This document shows, piece after piece, positions 10,793 through 20,487 of a DNA stretch of 41,203 bases. Position numbers and translations under genes: made by a program. The stretch's first letter is position 1, and every line of letters begins with the position of its first letter. The notes under the pieces are model-generated. The model worked only from the letters and a program-made list of their open reading frames with translations. It did not search any database and was not told where the DNA came from. The stretch spans positions 1 through 41,203 of the IMG/VR virus record IMGVR_UViG_3300011415_000011, one strand, 5' to 3'. Source of the stretch: a virus (Duplodnaviria; Caudoviricetes).

Positions 10793-13204
10793 ATGCCATT
10801 AGTATCAGGCGTGGGTGGTTTTGTAAGTGTTCCACAAGGTGCAGTAAGAGGAAATGGTGCTCCTCCAGCTTCATTTAAAGCGGAACTTGGCCAAATGTAC
10901 TTTGATGTGTCTGTAAACCCTCCAGAATTATATATTTATAATGGTGTAGAATGGGATGCTGGCGGAGATACCGAAGCTACAACATCATCGTTTGGTAGTG
11001 TTCAGTTAGCAACACTTGCAGAGCTTCAAGGTGGTACTGCCCCAGCTGGTGCATATGTTCCAACTGCTAACGATGTGGCAACTGTTATTGCAGGCGTTGT
11101 AGCCGGAGCAATTTCGCCCTGGACTGAGACGGTTTCAGGGATTGGTCAACTGTCTACCGTGGCAGAGGCTCAAGCTGGAACTAATGACACAACCGCAATG
11201 ACGCCTCTTAAAGTTGCAGCCGCTTTAGCTGGCGGTTTGCCTGTAACTGGTGGGGCTGGGTCATTTACTACATTGGCTGCTAGTGGGCTGTCCTCTCTTA
11301 GCGGATCAGCTACCATCTTAACCGCTGGCACAGCGCTTAATTTAGCTTCCGATGCAGATACAGCAGCCGTAAATATAGGTACTGGCGCTGCCGCAAGAAC
11401 AATTACAATTGGTAACGTATCAGGTGCCACCGCTGTTGCTGTTAACACTGGTACCGGTCACTTTACTGTATCTACAACTGGTTCAGGCGATATTATCTTA
11501 AATTCCGATGATACTATGCTGCTTGATGCCGATGGCGTATTAGAATTAAACTCTTCTGCCGGTGTTATTGGAATTGGTAACGATGCTGATGCTCAAAATA
11601 TTAATATAGGAACCGGGGCAGCACAAAGGGTTATTACAATTGGTAATAGTACTTCAGCTACTCAAGTTGTAGTTAATGGTGGTACAGCCGGGGTTTCTTT
11701 GGGTGCTAACGCAATTGCTCAACCAGTTGTTGTAGGTAACCAAACAGGAGCAAGTTCGCTTGTTCTGGATTCAGGTACTGGAGCGATGAACATCGGTACG
11801 ACAATTGCCAAAACAATAACTCTTGGTAACGTAACTGGCGCAACAGCGGTGAATATTAACGTTGGGACAGGAAACTTTGCTCTTAATGGAGTAGCAGGAT
11901 CTACTTATTCACTAGGAGCATCCACAACTACAGGTACTATTGTTATTGGCGGTACTGCACAGACAGGAACACTTACAGTTGGTTCTAGTTCAGGAACTAA
12001 TATTGTTGCAGTAGGCGCAGGCGAAGGAGCCACCACAGTAAATATTGCTGGAGGAGCAACAAATGCTAAAGCAGTCAATATTGCAACGGGAGCCGTAGCA
12101 AACGTAGTAACAATTGGTACTGTGTCAGGTGCTGCCTCACTTTCTCTTCTTGTTGGTACAGGAAACTTTGCATTAAACGGTGCTGCTACTTCTACATACA
12201 ACATTGGTGCTGCAACAACTTCTGGAACAATCACAATCGGAGGAACTGCCCAAACTGGGACGATGACACTTGGTTCATCTTCTGGTACAAATATTGTAGC
12301 GATTGGAGCAGGAACAGGAGCAACAACTGTTAATATAGCAGGAGGCGCGGGTTCAGCTAAGGCAGTAAATATTGCCACAGGAGCTGTTGCAAATGTTACT
12401 ACAATCGGTACTGTTAGCGGCGCATCTTCTTTGTCGCTCCTGGTAGGTACAGGTAACTTTTCTTTAGATGGAGCTGCAACTTCTACTTATGCAGTAGGTG
12501 CAACTACAACTTCCGGTACAATTACAATAGGTGGTACGGCGCAAACTGGTACTTTGACAGTAGGAAGTTCATCCGGAACTAATATAGTAGCTGTTGGTGC
12601 TGGTGAAGGCGCAACAACTGTTAATATCGCCGGCGGTGCAACTAACGCTAAAGCAGTTAACATTGCTACAGGCGCGGTTGCAAACGTCGTGACGATTGGC
12701 TCGGTTTCTGGAGCCGCGTCGATGTCATTATTAGTAGGTACAGGTAACTTTGCGCTAAATGGCGCCGCTACTTCTACCTATACGATTGGTGCTGCGACAA
12801 CTACAGGTACAATATCTATAGGAGGTACAGCGCAAACTGGCACAATGACAATTGCTGGTGGTACTGGTGCTCAAACAATCAATATTGCTAACTCAGGAAC
12901 TGGCGTTAAGACAGTCAACATTGCTGGTACTGGTGCAGCTAATTTAGTGACAATTGGTTCTACGACTGGCGCAGCAGCAGTAACGCTTCAGGCTGGAACT
13001 GGGCTGATTACTATGGCTGGTAAAGTTGCTTTAAACTCTGCTGCTGGACCTCAAGTTCTTGGTGGAGCTGGTGATCCAAACGCATTAGTAACAGCTCCTC
13101 AAGGCTCTATATGGTTTCGTACTGATGGATCATCTACAAGTACACGTGCATATATTAATACAAATGCCGGCACTGCATGGACTGCAATAACAACGGTGGC
13201 TTAA
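10793..13204 (+). CDS. Tail fibre/spike with 97-aa Gly/Ala/Thr-rich tandem repeats
   Basis: 803 aa; fibre-type repeats GSVQLATLAE and GIGQLSTVAEAQAG; GNF.L motif recurs every 291 nt; SD GAGG upstream. Confidence 0.75.
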   Translation: MPLVSGVGGFVSVPQGAVRGNGAPPASFKAELGQMYFDVSVNPPELYIYNGVEWDAGGDTEATTSSFGSVQLATLAELQGGTAPAGAYVPTANDVATVIAGVVAGAISPWTETVSGIGQLSTVAEAQAGTNDTTAMTPLKVAAALAGGLPVTGGAGSFTTLAASGLSSLSGSATILTAGTALNLASDADTAAVNIGTGAAARTITIGNVSGATAVAVNTGTGHFTVSTTGSGDIILNSDDTMLLDADGVLELNSSAGVIGIGNDADAQNINIGTGAAQRVITIGNSTSATQVVVNGGTAGVSLGANAIAQPVVVGNQTGASSLVLDSGTGAMNIGTTIAKTITLGNVTGATAVNINVGTGNFALNGVAGSTYSLGASTTTGTIVIGGTAQTGTLTVGSSSGTNIVAVGAGEGATTVNIAGGATNAKAVNIATGAVANVVTIGTVSGAASLSLLVGTGNFALNGAATSTYNIGAATTSGTITIGGTAQTGTMTLGSSSGTNIVAIGAGTGATTVNIAGGAGSAKAVNIATGAVANVTTIGTVSGASSLSLLVGTGNFSLDGAATSTYAVGATTTSGTITIGGTAQTGTLTVGSSSGTNIVAVGAGEGATTVNIAGGATNAKAVNIATGAVANVVTIGSVSGAASMSLLVGTGNFALNGAATSTYTIGAATTTGTISIGGTAQTGTMTIAGGTGAQTINIANSGTGVKTVNIAGTGAANLVTIGSTTGAAAVTLQAGTGLITMAGKVALNSAAGPQVLGGAGDPNALVTAPQGSIWFRTDGSSTSTRAYINTNAGTAWTAITTVA
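11870..12860 (+). repeat. About 3.4 copies of a 291-bp (97-aa) coding repeat
   Basis: GGA/GGT-AAC-TTT unit starts at 11870, 12161, 12452 and 12743. Confidence 0.9.
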
Positions 13205-13205
13205 T

Positions 13206-13403
13206 ATGTTAAAAAATTTAACGAAATTAGAAGTAGTGATTGAAAATAAAGTTTATCAATTTATTTGTGATCCTACTTCATCTACTACGCATTGCAATAT
13301 GGCCTTATGTAAATTTATAAAGCATATTGGGAATATTGAAGATTCAGCTATGAAGCCTGATGAAAATCTAAATGATAATGAACCTCCTGAAGTGGTGGAT
13401 TAA
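13206..13403 (+). CDS. Small protein, possible fibre chaperone
   Basis: 65-aa ORF directly after the fibre gene; function from position only. Confidence 0.5.
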   Translation: MLKNLTKLEVVIENKVYQFICDPTSSTTHCNMALCKFIKHIGNIEDSAMKPDENLNDNEPPEVVD

Positions 13404-13404
13404 T

Positions 13405-13725
13405 ATGTCTATTAATAATAGTCAAAGGGCTGTTCCGGCAGACCAATTAATTGCTGCAATGACAGGGGCTAATACTCTTATAGGTACATTGAGTGAGTCT
13501 CCTGTCATTATAATTTTTGACAATCAAAGTACTTCTTCGGCTGTTATTTCAATTGATGCAGTCAGTTGGAAAACATTTACGGCAGGGGAGGCATTGGTAT
13601 TGGATATGCGTGCAGCTCATGGAATGGCACCGAATTTTACTTTTGATGTTGGTACATCTTTCTTTGGGAATGGTGCAGCAACAGGAAGTTTTTCTATATC
13701 ATACTTATATGCTAAAAACAGTTAG
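13405..13725 (+). CDS. Small beta-rich virion protein
   Basis: Probable start MSINNSQ right after the upstream stop; beta-strand pattern. Confidence 0.55.
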   Translation: MSINNSQRAVPADQLIAAMTGANTLIGTLSESPVIIIFDNQSTSSAVISIDAVSWKTFTAGEALVLDMRAAHGMAPNFTFDVGTSFFGNGAATGSFSISYLYAKNS

Positions 13726-13734
13726 AGGTATATC

Positions 13735-14283
13735 TTGAGCCAAATATATAAGTCTTTAACTAGCGGGCCAGTTCCGCCTGCCGTGCCAACTAGCTTTGTA
13801 ACTGACATAAATTCCCCTGCAATTCCAGTAGCTAACGTTCTTAATGTTCTAGGCAATGACACAACTGCCAATAATGTTAATGGAATTCAGACTGATGGAA
13901 GCTCAGGAAGCAATATATTAACGGTTCAACTTACTAATAGATTTCAAGGAGCCGTTACAACTGCTGGCGCTGTTACTTCTACATTAATTTCATTCACTCC
14001 AACAGTTATTGGAACATATGCCATAGAGTATCGTGTAGGTGCATATAATACGACCTCTCTTTTAGGTGCAGGTTATAGTGTTTTTGGCTCTGCACGTTTC
14101 GATGGTGTTAATTCTAATCTTTGTGGCACGGCTGATAGGATTGTTAATGAAGAAGGTACTATGACTTCTGCAAATATTACCTTTTCTGTTTCAGGAGCAA
14201 ATATTGTCCTTAGTGCTAGTGGGTATCTAGGTCAATCTATTAATTGGTCAGCAGTTGGCCTATATACATTTGTGGGGGCATAA
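13735..14283 (+). CDS. Tail fibre-associated protein
   Basis: TTG start with SD GAGGT; Thr/Ser/Gly-rich. Confidence 0.55.
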   Translation: MSQIYKSLTSGPVPPAVPTSFVTDINSPAIPVANVLNVLGNDTTANNVNGIQTDGSSGSNILTVQLTNRFQGAVTTAGAVTSTLISFTPTVIGTYAIEYRVGAYNTTSLLGAGYSVFGSARFDGVNSNLCGTADRIVNEEGTMTSANITFSVSGANIVLSASGYLGQSINWSAVGLYTFVGA

Positions 14284-15812
14284 TGAGCGGCTTTGAGAAC
14301 GACGTCGTTTTCGCGAAAAACGCAGATTTTACTCAATCGGATAATCAATCACCTGCTGAGGCTAATGGATTATTTACCAATGGTCAATTATGGATAGGAA
14401 GGACTGCTGTTAATGCTGGTGGTACTCACATTGATGTAAATACACTAACTTCCGGCACAGGTATAACAATTACAAACGGGCCAGGAACAATTAATATTGC
14501 CTCTACAGCATCATTAACAGATTTGCATGTTGCAAGATTTATCGTAGCCTCTAGCACTTCAGGAACAGGCGCAAATTTTACTACAATTGCGTCGGCTATT
14601 ACAGCAGCCGTAGCAACTGGAATCAATTCAACAATTTTCCTTCAACCTGGAACATATACAGAAAATTTTATATTGCCACCAAATATTAATCTATGCGCCT
14701 TTGATTGCGATGCCCTAACGCCAAATGTCACCATTTCAGGAACTGTGACAATGACAGCCGCAGGAACTTCATCTATTAGCGGTATCCGTCTTCAAACTAA
14801 TAGCGCAGCATTACTAGCTATTACAGGAACACTTGCTTCTATTGTGAATTTGTCTAATTGCTATTTGAATTGTACAAATTCAACAGGAATTACATTTAGC
14901 ACCAATAGCGCTTCCGCGCAAATAAATATTATAAATTGTAACGGTAATGTTGGCACTACTGGAATAGCTGTATTTGCTCATTCGAGTGCAGGAACATTAA
15001 ATATTAGATTTAGCAATTTAACCAATTCTGGAGCCTCAACAACAGCTAATACATGCTCTGCCGGGGTACTTAATATAAGTAAAAGCAGTTTCAACACGCC
15101 ATTGACAATGTCAAGTACTGCTGCATGTACTATTGACGATACACTCTTTGCTACAGCGGGAACAAATACAACAAGTGCCACACTTGATTCAGGTGGAATT
15201 CAATCGTTTAGATATTGCCGTTTTTCTTCTGGGAGTGCCTCAGCTGTATCAATTGGTGGAACAGCTGTTTTAGATATATGTGAAATTGATAGCACTAATA
15301 CTAATGCGGTAACTGGAGCGGGGGTATTAACAGGAAATACACAAACATTTACAAATAGTTCTACGCTTGTTAATACTACAACACGTACGCCTCAAGTTTT
15401 TGGTTTGACGGGCCAGTTTACACCTACTGTTGCTTTAGGCACCCCTGGAACTTCATCTTTTACATACTCCCAACAAGTTGGACATTATAACATAATTGGA
15501 TCATTAGTTTTTATTACAATTAGAATTGTATTGACCAATTTTACAGTTGGTACAGGATCAGGACAAGTGGCCATTGGAACTTTGCCATTTGCAGCAGCTG
15601 CAACATCAAATCAAAGCACTGCTCTTTCATGTGTTGTGCAAAACGTTACTTTTGGTGTTGGTGTAACTTATTATCAAGGACAAATTCAAGCTTCAGGAAC
15701 AACTATAATAGTAGCCGGATCCGTTACCGCAGCAAACCAAGTAAATTTACAAGCTGCGGGATTAAGTAGTACATCTACCTTTCTGATCAGCGGTTGCTAT
15801 TCCACTACTTAA
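14283..15812 (+). CDS. Tailspike-like protein with a parallel beta-helix (pectin-lyase-like) region
   Basis: Beta-helix cap motif NFTTIASAITAA...IFLQPGTYTENF followed by an Asn/Cys ladder; C-terminal GHYNIIGSLVFITI...LPF fibre module; probable start MSGFEND. Confidence 0.7.
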   Translation: MSGFENDVVFAKNADFTQSDNQSPAEANGLFTNGQLWIGRTAVNAGGTHIDVNTLTSGTGITITNGPGTINIASTASLTDLHVARFIVASSTSGTGANFTTIASAITAAVATGINSTIFLQPGTYTENFILPPNINLCAFDCDALTPNVTISGTVTMTAAGTSSISGIRLQTNSAALLAITGTLASIVNLSNCYLNCTNSTGITFSTNSASAQINIINCNGNVGTTGIAVFAHSSAGTLNIRFSNLTNSGASTTANTCSAGVLNISKSSFNTPLTMSSTAACTIDDTLFATAGTNTTSATLDSGGIQSFRYCRFSSGSASAVSIGGTAVLDICEIDSTNTNAVTGAGVLTGNTQTFTNSSTLVNTTTRTPQVFGLTGQFTPTVALGTPGTSSFTYSQQVGHYNIIGSLVFITIRIVLTNFTVGTGSGQVAIGTLPFAAAATSNQSTALSCVVQNVTFGVGVTYYQGQIQASGTTIIVAGSVTAANQVNLQAAGLSSTSTFLISGCYSTT

Positions 15813-16078
15813 TCTTGATAAGAATCATTGATCAGAGCAAGGACTTTTAAATAAGCTTGTCTCTGACCATTCCAATAGCCATATTCATATATGGTCCATT
15901 GATCATCTTCAAAATCTGACATGACTAGTAAATCATAAATTGATTGTTCTTTCTCAAGATTTTTACATGCCTTGTTGGCTGTATTAAATTTAAATTTGCA
16001 TAATTCTTTAACTTCATCAGAAAATGCAAAATTAAATGTTAAAAAAATAAACATTCCGCTAGCTAAAAATTTCTTCAT
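15809..16078 (-). CDS. Secreted hypothetical protein
   Basis: Signal peptide MKKFLASGMFIFLTFNFAFS followed by DE. Confidence 0.55.
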   Translation of the reverse strand: MKKFLASGMFIFLTFNFAFSDEVKELCKFKFNTANKACKNLEKEQSIYDLLVMSDFEDDQWTIYEYGYWNGQRQAYLKVLALINDSYQD

Positions 16079-16116
16079 ATGTAAAATCCTGATTAAAATT
16101 TTACAGAGGTTATATC

Positions 16117-16272
16117 ATGGCTAAGGGCAAAGAGCAACGAAAAGTTAAAAAGGTTTTGGGCGAATTCTCAAAAGGCGATCTTCATAGTGGAAGTAAAGAA
16201 GGGCCATTGGTTAAATCAAAACCTCAGGCTGTTGCAATTGCCTTATCTGAGACAAAAAAAGGCAAGAAATGA
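16117..16272 (+). CDS. DUF6496-like small basic protein
   Basis: Translated by hand: MAKGKEQRKVKKVLGEFSKGDLHSGSKEGPLVKSKPQAVAIALSETKKGKK; SD GAGG. Confidence 0.75.
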   Translation: MAKGKEQRKVKKVLGEFSKGDLHSGSKEGPLVKSKPQAVAIALSETKKGKK

Positions 16273-16454
16273 TCAACTGGAACCGCTATTCCCTAGATCA
16301 AATTAGGCAAAAGTGGGAAGATTTCATTTTCGCTAGAAATTACCCATATAAAATTACTAAAAAATCTCTAGAAAAAAAGTACATAACTTGCCTAGAGCGC
16401 GAAACATTAATTGAACATTTATTAAATAGGTTGGAAAATGGACAAGGAAATTAA
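16269..16454 (+). CDS. Hypothetical protein
   Basis: 61-aa ORF with ATGA coupling. Confidence 0.5.
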   Translation: MINWNRYSLDQIRQKWEDFIFARNYPYKITKKSLEKKYITCLERETLIEHLLNRLENGQGN

Positions 16455-16560
16455 ATCTGAGCAGAAAAAAATTAATAAGGGCATGGACAAGTTAGCTAAG
16501 ATGGATGTTAAAAGAGACAAAGCTTGCGATGCTGGCATGAAAATGAAAAAGAAAAAATAA
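16438..16560 (+). CDS. Small basic hypothetical protein (40 aa)
   Basis: MDKEIKSEQKKINKGMDKLAKMDVKRDKACDAGMKMKKKK. Confidence 0.5.
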   Translation: MDKEIKSEQKKINKGMDKLAKMDVKRDKACDAGMKMKKKK

Positions 16561-16671
16561 CAATGGACGATCATTATGCGATATATATTAGTCTCGCTGC
16601 TTGTATCTTTAGCTTTCTATTTGGCCTCATGTTAGGCAATTTCAAAAGATAGATTTTCGGCATAGTGCCGC

Positions 16672-16707
16672 CGCGAGAGTTTTTTAGGCTAACTCTCGCG
16701 CGCTTTT
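16672..16707. terminator. Hairpin terminator between convergent operons
   Basis: CGCGAGAGTT / AACTCTCGCG stem followed by a short T run. Confidence 0.55.
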
Positions 16708-17329
16708 ATCTAACCTTTTCTTTAAATGTCCAACTTTCTCGCGTAGGCTCCATAGAGCACATAGTTTCAAAGTAGAATTCTTTCTCTTTCTCGATCATTG
16801 ATTTTATATATGGTTCATTCCTGTAAACTATAGCAACAGCTAATGGCTCTGGGGCATCTGGATGATAGCTGGCGTAATATGCAACTGCAACCTCAGCGCA
16901 ACACATTTGATGTTGCATTTGTGCATAATGACAAGGATCGATATTTTCATCTGAAACCTGTAAATGTTTCTGTAATTTCATACATTTAATTTCACAAATG
17001 CAAGCATGTCTTTTACATATTCCGTCTAATGAAGCACCCATCCAAGGATAATAGCTGCTTTCAATGACCATAGGCTCAAATTCTATATCTAATTGCTCGC
17101 ATAATAGATCTCGAGCAATCGGTTCAAGCATTTGTCCGCGTAACATCGCTTGATTGACTGGCTCAGGCTCTATGAATCCCATTTTTTCCTGCCAAAGCTG
17201 GTGCATATCTTTGAAGTTGTTAAGTCCAAGGATAATGCCAGCATCGGTTGCCATTATATGCTTTTGTCTGTAGGAGAGCCATTGCGGACTCCCCTGCTCT
17301 AAATTAATTATTTTCATTTTTTTGCTCAC
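16706..17329 (-). CDS. YqaJ-like (lambda exonuclease family) recombination nuclease
   Basis: EQGSPQWLSYR...ATDAG...GQMLEP...GASLDG...EIKC...QMQHQM. Confidence 0.9.
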   Translation of the reverse strand: MSKKMKIINLEQGSPQWLSYRQKHIMATDAGIILGLNNFKDMHQLWQEKMGFIEPEPVNQAMLRGQMLEPIARDLLCEQLDIEFEPMVIESSYYPWMGASLDGICKRHACICEIKCMKLQKHLQVSDENIDPCHYAQMQHQMCCAEVAVAYYASYHPDAPEPLAVAIVYRNEPYIKSMIEKEKEFYFETMCSMEPTRESWTFKEKVR

Positions 17330-17461
17330 TAATATTCATTTTCATTAAATATATAAAATCTTCAATTACAACATCTTTGTTTAAATCGTTTTCTTCACAT
17401 AAGCATTTAATTACTAATGATAGAGCTTGTATTTTTTCGGCATGGTCTAAATTTCTATGCA

Positions 17462-18184
17462 TCATAAATCCTTATTTTGAGAATTTAAATTTAAATCAAA
17501 AGAATTAATTGTACCTTTATATTTATCTGCCGGAATTTTATATAATTCAGTTTCATCTTTTAAACCAAAAAAATCAAAGAAATTACTTTTACACTTATTA
17601 GTTAACTTCGGCAGATAAGACGCGATAGTATCGATTTGCTCTTGATTTAATGCAAGATTATTTTCATGCTGAATATTATTCAATTTTTCGGTACATGTAG
17701 ATTTATCTACCGATTTGGTAGGTATTGGTAGGTTATTGGTTTTTGGTTCAGACTTTTTTGGTTGCTCTTGCTTCCTCTCTGTTGTCTGTCCACGACCTAC
17801 AGCAGTTTCCCCGTCATCGTCCTCCGTAACAACGCCAACCATTGCAGCAAGTGAATATCTTCTGAGGTAGGTCATCGCAGCACCAACGCCTTGAGAATCG
17901 TTTTTAGTGGGATTGATCAATATCGATGACTTAACCCATTGACCTGAACTATGAGCTAAAATAGTAACTAATATGTTTTTATCTCCAACTACATCCGTAG
18001 TTTGCATAACACAAAGTCCATGCTTACATAATACAGGTCTAGCGGCATCCCAAACAGAACCTAAATCAGCATATTTGCTTTTAAAGAACGGGTTAATGCT
18101 ATCCTTGATGGCTGCTTGCATTTCGCCTTGTGCTTTTGATAGTGCCATAGCTAATTCGCTAATATTTTCTGATTGCATATCCAT
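17462..18184 (-). CDS. erf: ERF-family single-strand annealing protein
   Basis: ALSKAQ...KDSINPFFKSKYADL...LAHSSGQW...GAAMTYLRRYSL...EDDDG. Confidence 0.9.
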   Translation of the reverse strand: MDMQSENISELAMALSKAQGEMQAAIKDSINPFFKSKYADLGSVWDAARPVLCKHGLCVMQTTDVVGDKNILVTILAHSSGQWVKSSILINPTKNDSQGVGAAMTYLRRYSLAAMVGVVTEDDDGETAVGRGQTTERKQEQPKKSEPKTNNLPIPTKSVDKSTCTEKLNNIQHENNLALNQEQIDTIASYLPKLTNKCKSNFFDFFGLKDETELYKIPADKYKGTINSFDLNLNSQNKDL

Positions 18185-18638
18185 GTTTTTCCTTGCCTTT
18201 AAGTTGATATTTAGTATTATTCAGAAGAGTGAACGGGAGTGGTTACCCGGTCACCCTCCATTAGTCTTTTTTGTTATTGGAATTGGTATGAGCATTTCAT
18301 AGGGCACGCCACAACACGTGTCCTATGTTTTTTCTTCATAATATTTCTTGTACATTTCTTTAGTTTTAACTTCATCTTTATATTGTAAAAATAATGCGTG
18401 GCAAATCCATTTCCAATTATCTGAACTTAAATGATTTTGTATCTCTAATATTTCTGTAATTTTATTGTTAAACTCTTCCATATGTCCTCATTGTTAAAAA
18501 AAATCCCCATCACTCAAACCCAAACTATCACTCGATAGCTGGGCATTATAATAATCATCGTATTTCTGCTGTCTTAAGGACTTAAATTCTTCTTCTGTTA
18601 AGAAATCTTCCATCGTTAGGTCAATATCTTCATCCATG

Positions 18639-18857
18639 TTAAATGTCGCTGTACATGGCAGATAATGAAGTTAAATCATTAGCATCGCGATACATTTGAT
18701 GCGATAGCTGCTCAATGTATGCGCCAAATGCAGTAGGAAATATCTTAGGATTCATCGATAATCGCGCTAATTCATCGCTCATAACTTGCAAATTGTTAAT
18801 TGCTTCTTGTGCTGTGTTCATGTAATCCCTCGTTAAGTTTAAATTTAGTCTTTCCAT
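18639..18857 (-). CDS. Hypothetical protein (first gene of the leftward early operon)
   Basis: 72-aa ORF with SD AAGGTG, divergent from the Cro-like gene. Confidence 0.55.
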   Translation of the reverse strand: MERLNLNLTRDYMNTAQEAINNLQVMSDELARLSMNPKIFPTAFGAYIEQLSHQMYRDANDLTSLSAMYSDI

Positions 18858-18987
18858 ATATCACCTTTTTTTTGTTTTTGTCTACTGAAACACTAGTCTT
18901 GACATAAAACAGTCAAAATTGTTACGTTGTATATGGATTATATTAAACGAAAGCTAAAATTAAGTCAACCTAAAAAGGGAAAAAATT

Positions 18988-19257
18988 ATGAAAATATCAG
19001 AATATTTTGATACGGTAGAAGGAAAAAGAATAAAAAAAGGAGCACTTTGCGAGGAAGTTGGAATTTCTTATGCTACCTTAAGTCATTTGCTTATAGATGA
19101 ATACTTACCCAGCCTTACAACAGCCATAAGAATTGAGAAGTTTACTGGTGGTAAAGTAAGCGTTTATGACTGGTTACCCACCCAAGCCAACGATACCCAA
19201 GAAATACATCATCGGGACAGAAATAGCCAAAAGAAGGAAAAGCAAATAACAAAATAA
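18988..19257 (+). CDS. Cro/XRE-like HTH regulator
   Basis: LCEEVGISYATLSHL...PSLTTAIRIEKFTGGKVS. Confidence 0.8.
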   Translation: MKISEYFDTVEGKRIKKGALCEEVGISYATLSHLLIDEYLPSLTTAIRIEKFTGGKVSVYDWLPTQANDTQEIHHRDRNSQKKEKQITK

Positions 19258-19305
19258 AGGATCGTTCTTCCAAACACGTACAAACTCTTTTAAGCATGAT
19301 CTCAT
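19174..19305 (-). CDS. Small membrane peptide (43 aa) overlapping the Cro 3' end
   Basis: Translated by hand: MRSCLKEFVRVWKNDPLFCYLLFLLLAISVPMMYFLGIVGLGG; AAAGG upstream. Confidence 0.45.
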   Translation of the reverse strand: MRSCLKEFVRVWKNDPLFCYLLFLLLAISVPMMYFLGIVGLGG

Positions 19306-19557
19306 TAGGAAAACCTTTACTTTATAGCCATTAAAATTTAAACAAGACAGGATGTCAAATGACTCGAAACATACATTTCAAAATATCATTAGTGTTGCAT
19401 AAAAAAGGGAACACCTGTCTAAAGTGTTCCCTAAACGAGAATTCCTATGCGCCAATATAGTGGCATAGCATAGGAATTTTTAGCAATAGGCAACACTAGA
19501 TTCTAGGAGGTTGCCTGTGACTATTTGCTGGAATTCAATTGGAAATGTGTCTATAGT

Positions 19558-19662
19558 GAAAATGAAAATGGCCCCGATTTGCCGTCGGAGCCATTTAGAC
19601 ATCGTGAGATGCAAGATAGATGAATGTAACCCTATCTTAGCATCTCATGCAATTAATTGCAA
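19558..19662 (-). ncRNA. Putative antisense RNA (about 65-70 nt) upstream of the initiator gene, with its promoter and terminator
   Basis: Minus-strand TTGCAA-N17-TAAGAT (19662-19634), then a GC hairpin (19566-19596) with a U-rich tail. Confidence 0.5.
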
Positions 19663-19679
19663 TTTATTAATGGGGTGTT

Positions 19680-20486
19680 ATGTCTAATTTTACTATTCAA
19701 GATCAAAATAACGATCATAAATACTTTACTTTACTACAAAACATATTATCTAGCATTGGTTTAACTGCTTTTGAACGTTCTGTTTATTGGGCATTAAAAG
19801 AATGTGCTGGTGAACATGGATCTTGCACTAAATCTTATGCAAAACTTGCAGTGATGGCAGGTCTTAGTATTCCATCCCTAAAACGAACATTAGAGACACT
19901 TTCAGAAAAAAACAAAATCCTTAAAAAACCATTAATTCAGATCATAAACCGACTTACTGAATATGGAGATCGTGACACTAATGAAATAGTTTTAGCATCA
20001 TTATGGAATGATAATATGAAACATTTTCAAAAAGAAAATGGTCAGGTCACACAGAACTCACCTAAGGTCAGACAGACCCAACCTCAGGTCACACCGATCC
20101 AAGGGGTCAGATCACACAGACCTGAGGGTCAGGTCACACAGAGCTATAAAGAAGAACCCTTTAATAAGAACCCTTATGAAGAAGAACAACACACCCCAAA
20201 AGCCCCATTAAAGTTTGGTGCGTGTGTAGTTCTTTTTTCTTCTGATTATGAAAAATTCTGCCAAGACAATGGCAAAGTTAAAATCGATTTGCTTATCGAA
20301 GAGATGAACGATTATTGCTTAGCTCATGGAAAAACATACAAGGCCGAAGCTGGCTATGCTGCTGCTATGCGTAATTGGCTTAGAAGACGAAAACAAGATG
20401 CCCCATCAAAAAATACAAACACAGATCGTCGAACTCAAAACAAAGACGGATCTCCTATCGTAAGTCCTGCTGATGGGAGGTTTTAA
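19680..20486 (+). CDS. Phage replication initiator (lambda O-like, N-terminal winged HTH)
   Basis: GLTAFERSVYWALK...SYAKLAVMAGLSIPSLKRTLETL; internal iterons; C-terminal Y.AAMRNW motif; precedes DnaC-like gene. Confidence 0.8.
   Translation: MSNFTIQDQNNDHKYFTLLQNILSSIGLTAFERSVYWALKECAGEHGSCTKSYAKLAVMAGLSIPSLKRTLETLSEKNKILKKPLIQIINRLTEYGDRDTNEIVLASLWNDNMKHFQKENGQVTQNSPKVRQTQPQVTPIQGVRSHRPEGQVTQSYKEEPFNKNPYEEEQHTPKAPLKFGACVVLFSSDYEKFCQDNGKVKIDLLIEEMNDYCLAHGKTYKAEAGYAAAMRNWLRRRKQDAPSKNTNTDRRTQNKDGSPIVSPADGRF
20043..20190 (+). repeat. Replication origin: five iterons, consensus AGGTCACACAGA, plus an A-rich tract
   Basis: Copies start at 20044, 20065, 20086, 20109 and 20131 (spacing 21-23 bp), followed by AAGAAC repeats. 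Confidence 0.8.
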
Positions 20487-20487
20487 C

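Noticed and set aside
11170-12378. Minus-strand Ala/Pro/Val-rich ORFs
   Set aside because: Antisense shadows of Gly/Ala/Thr codons in the fibre gene.
20043-20145. Possible CRISPR array
   Set aside because: Units are about 12 bp with roughly 10-bp gaps inside the initiator gene and no cas genes are present; these are iterons.
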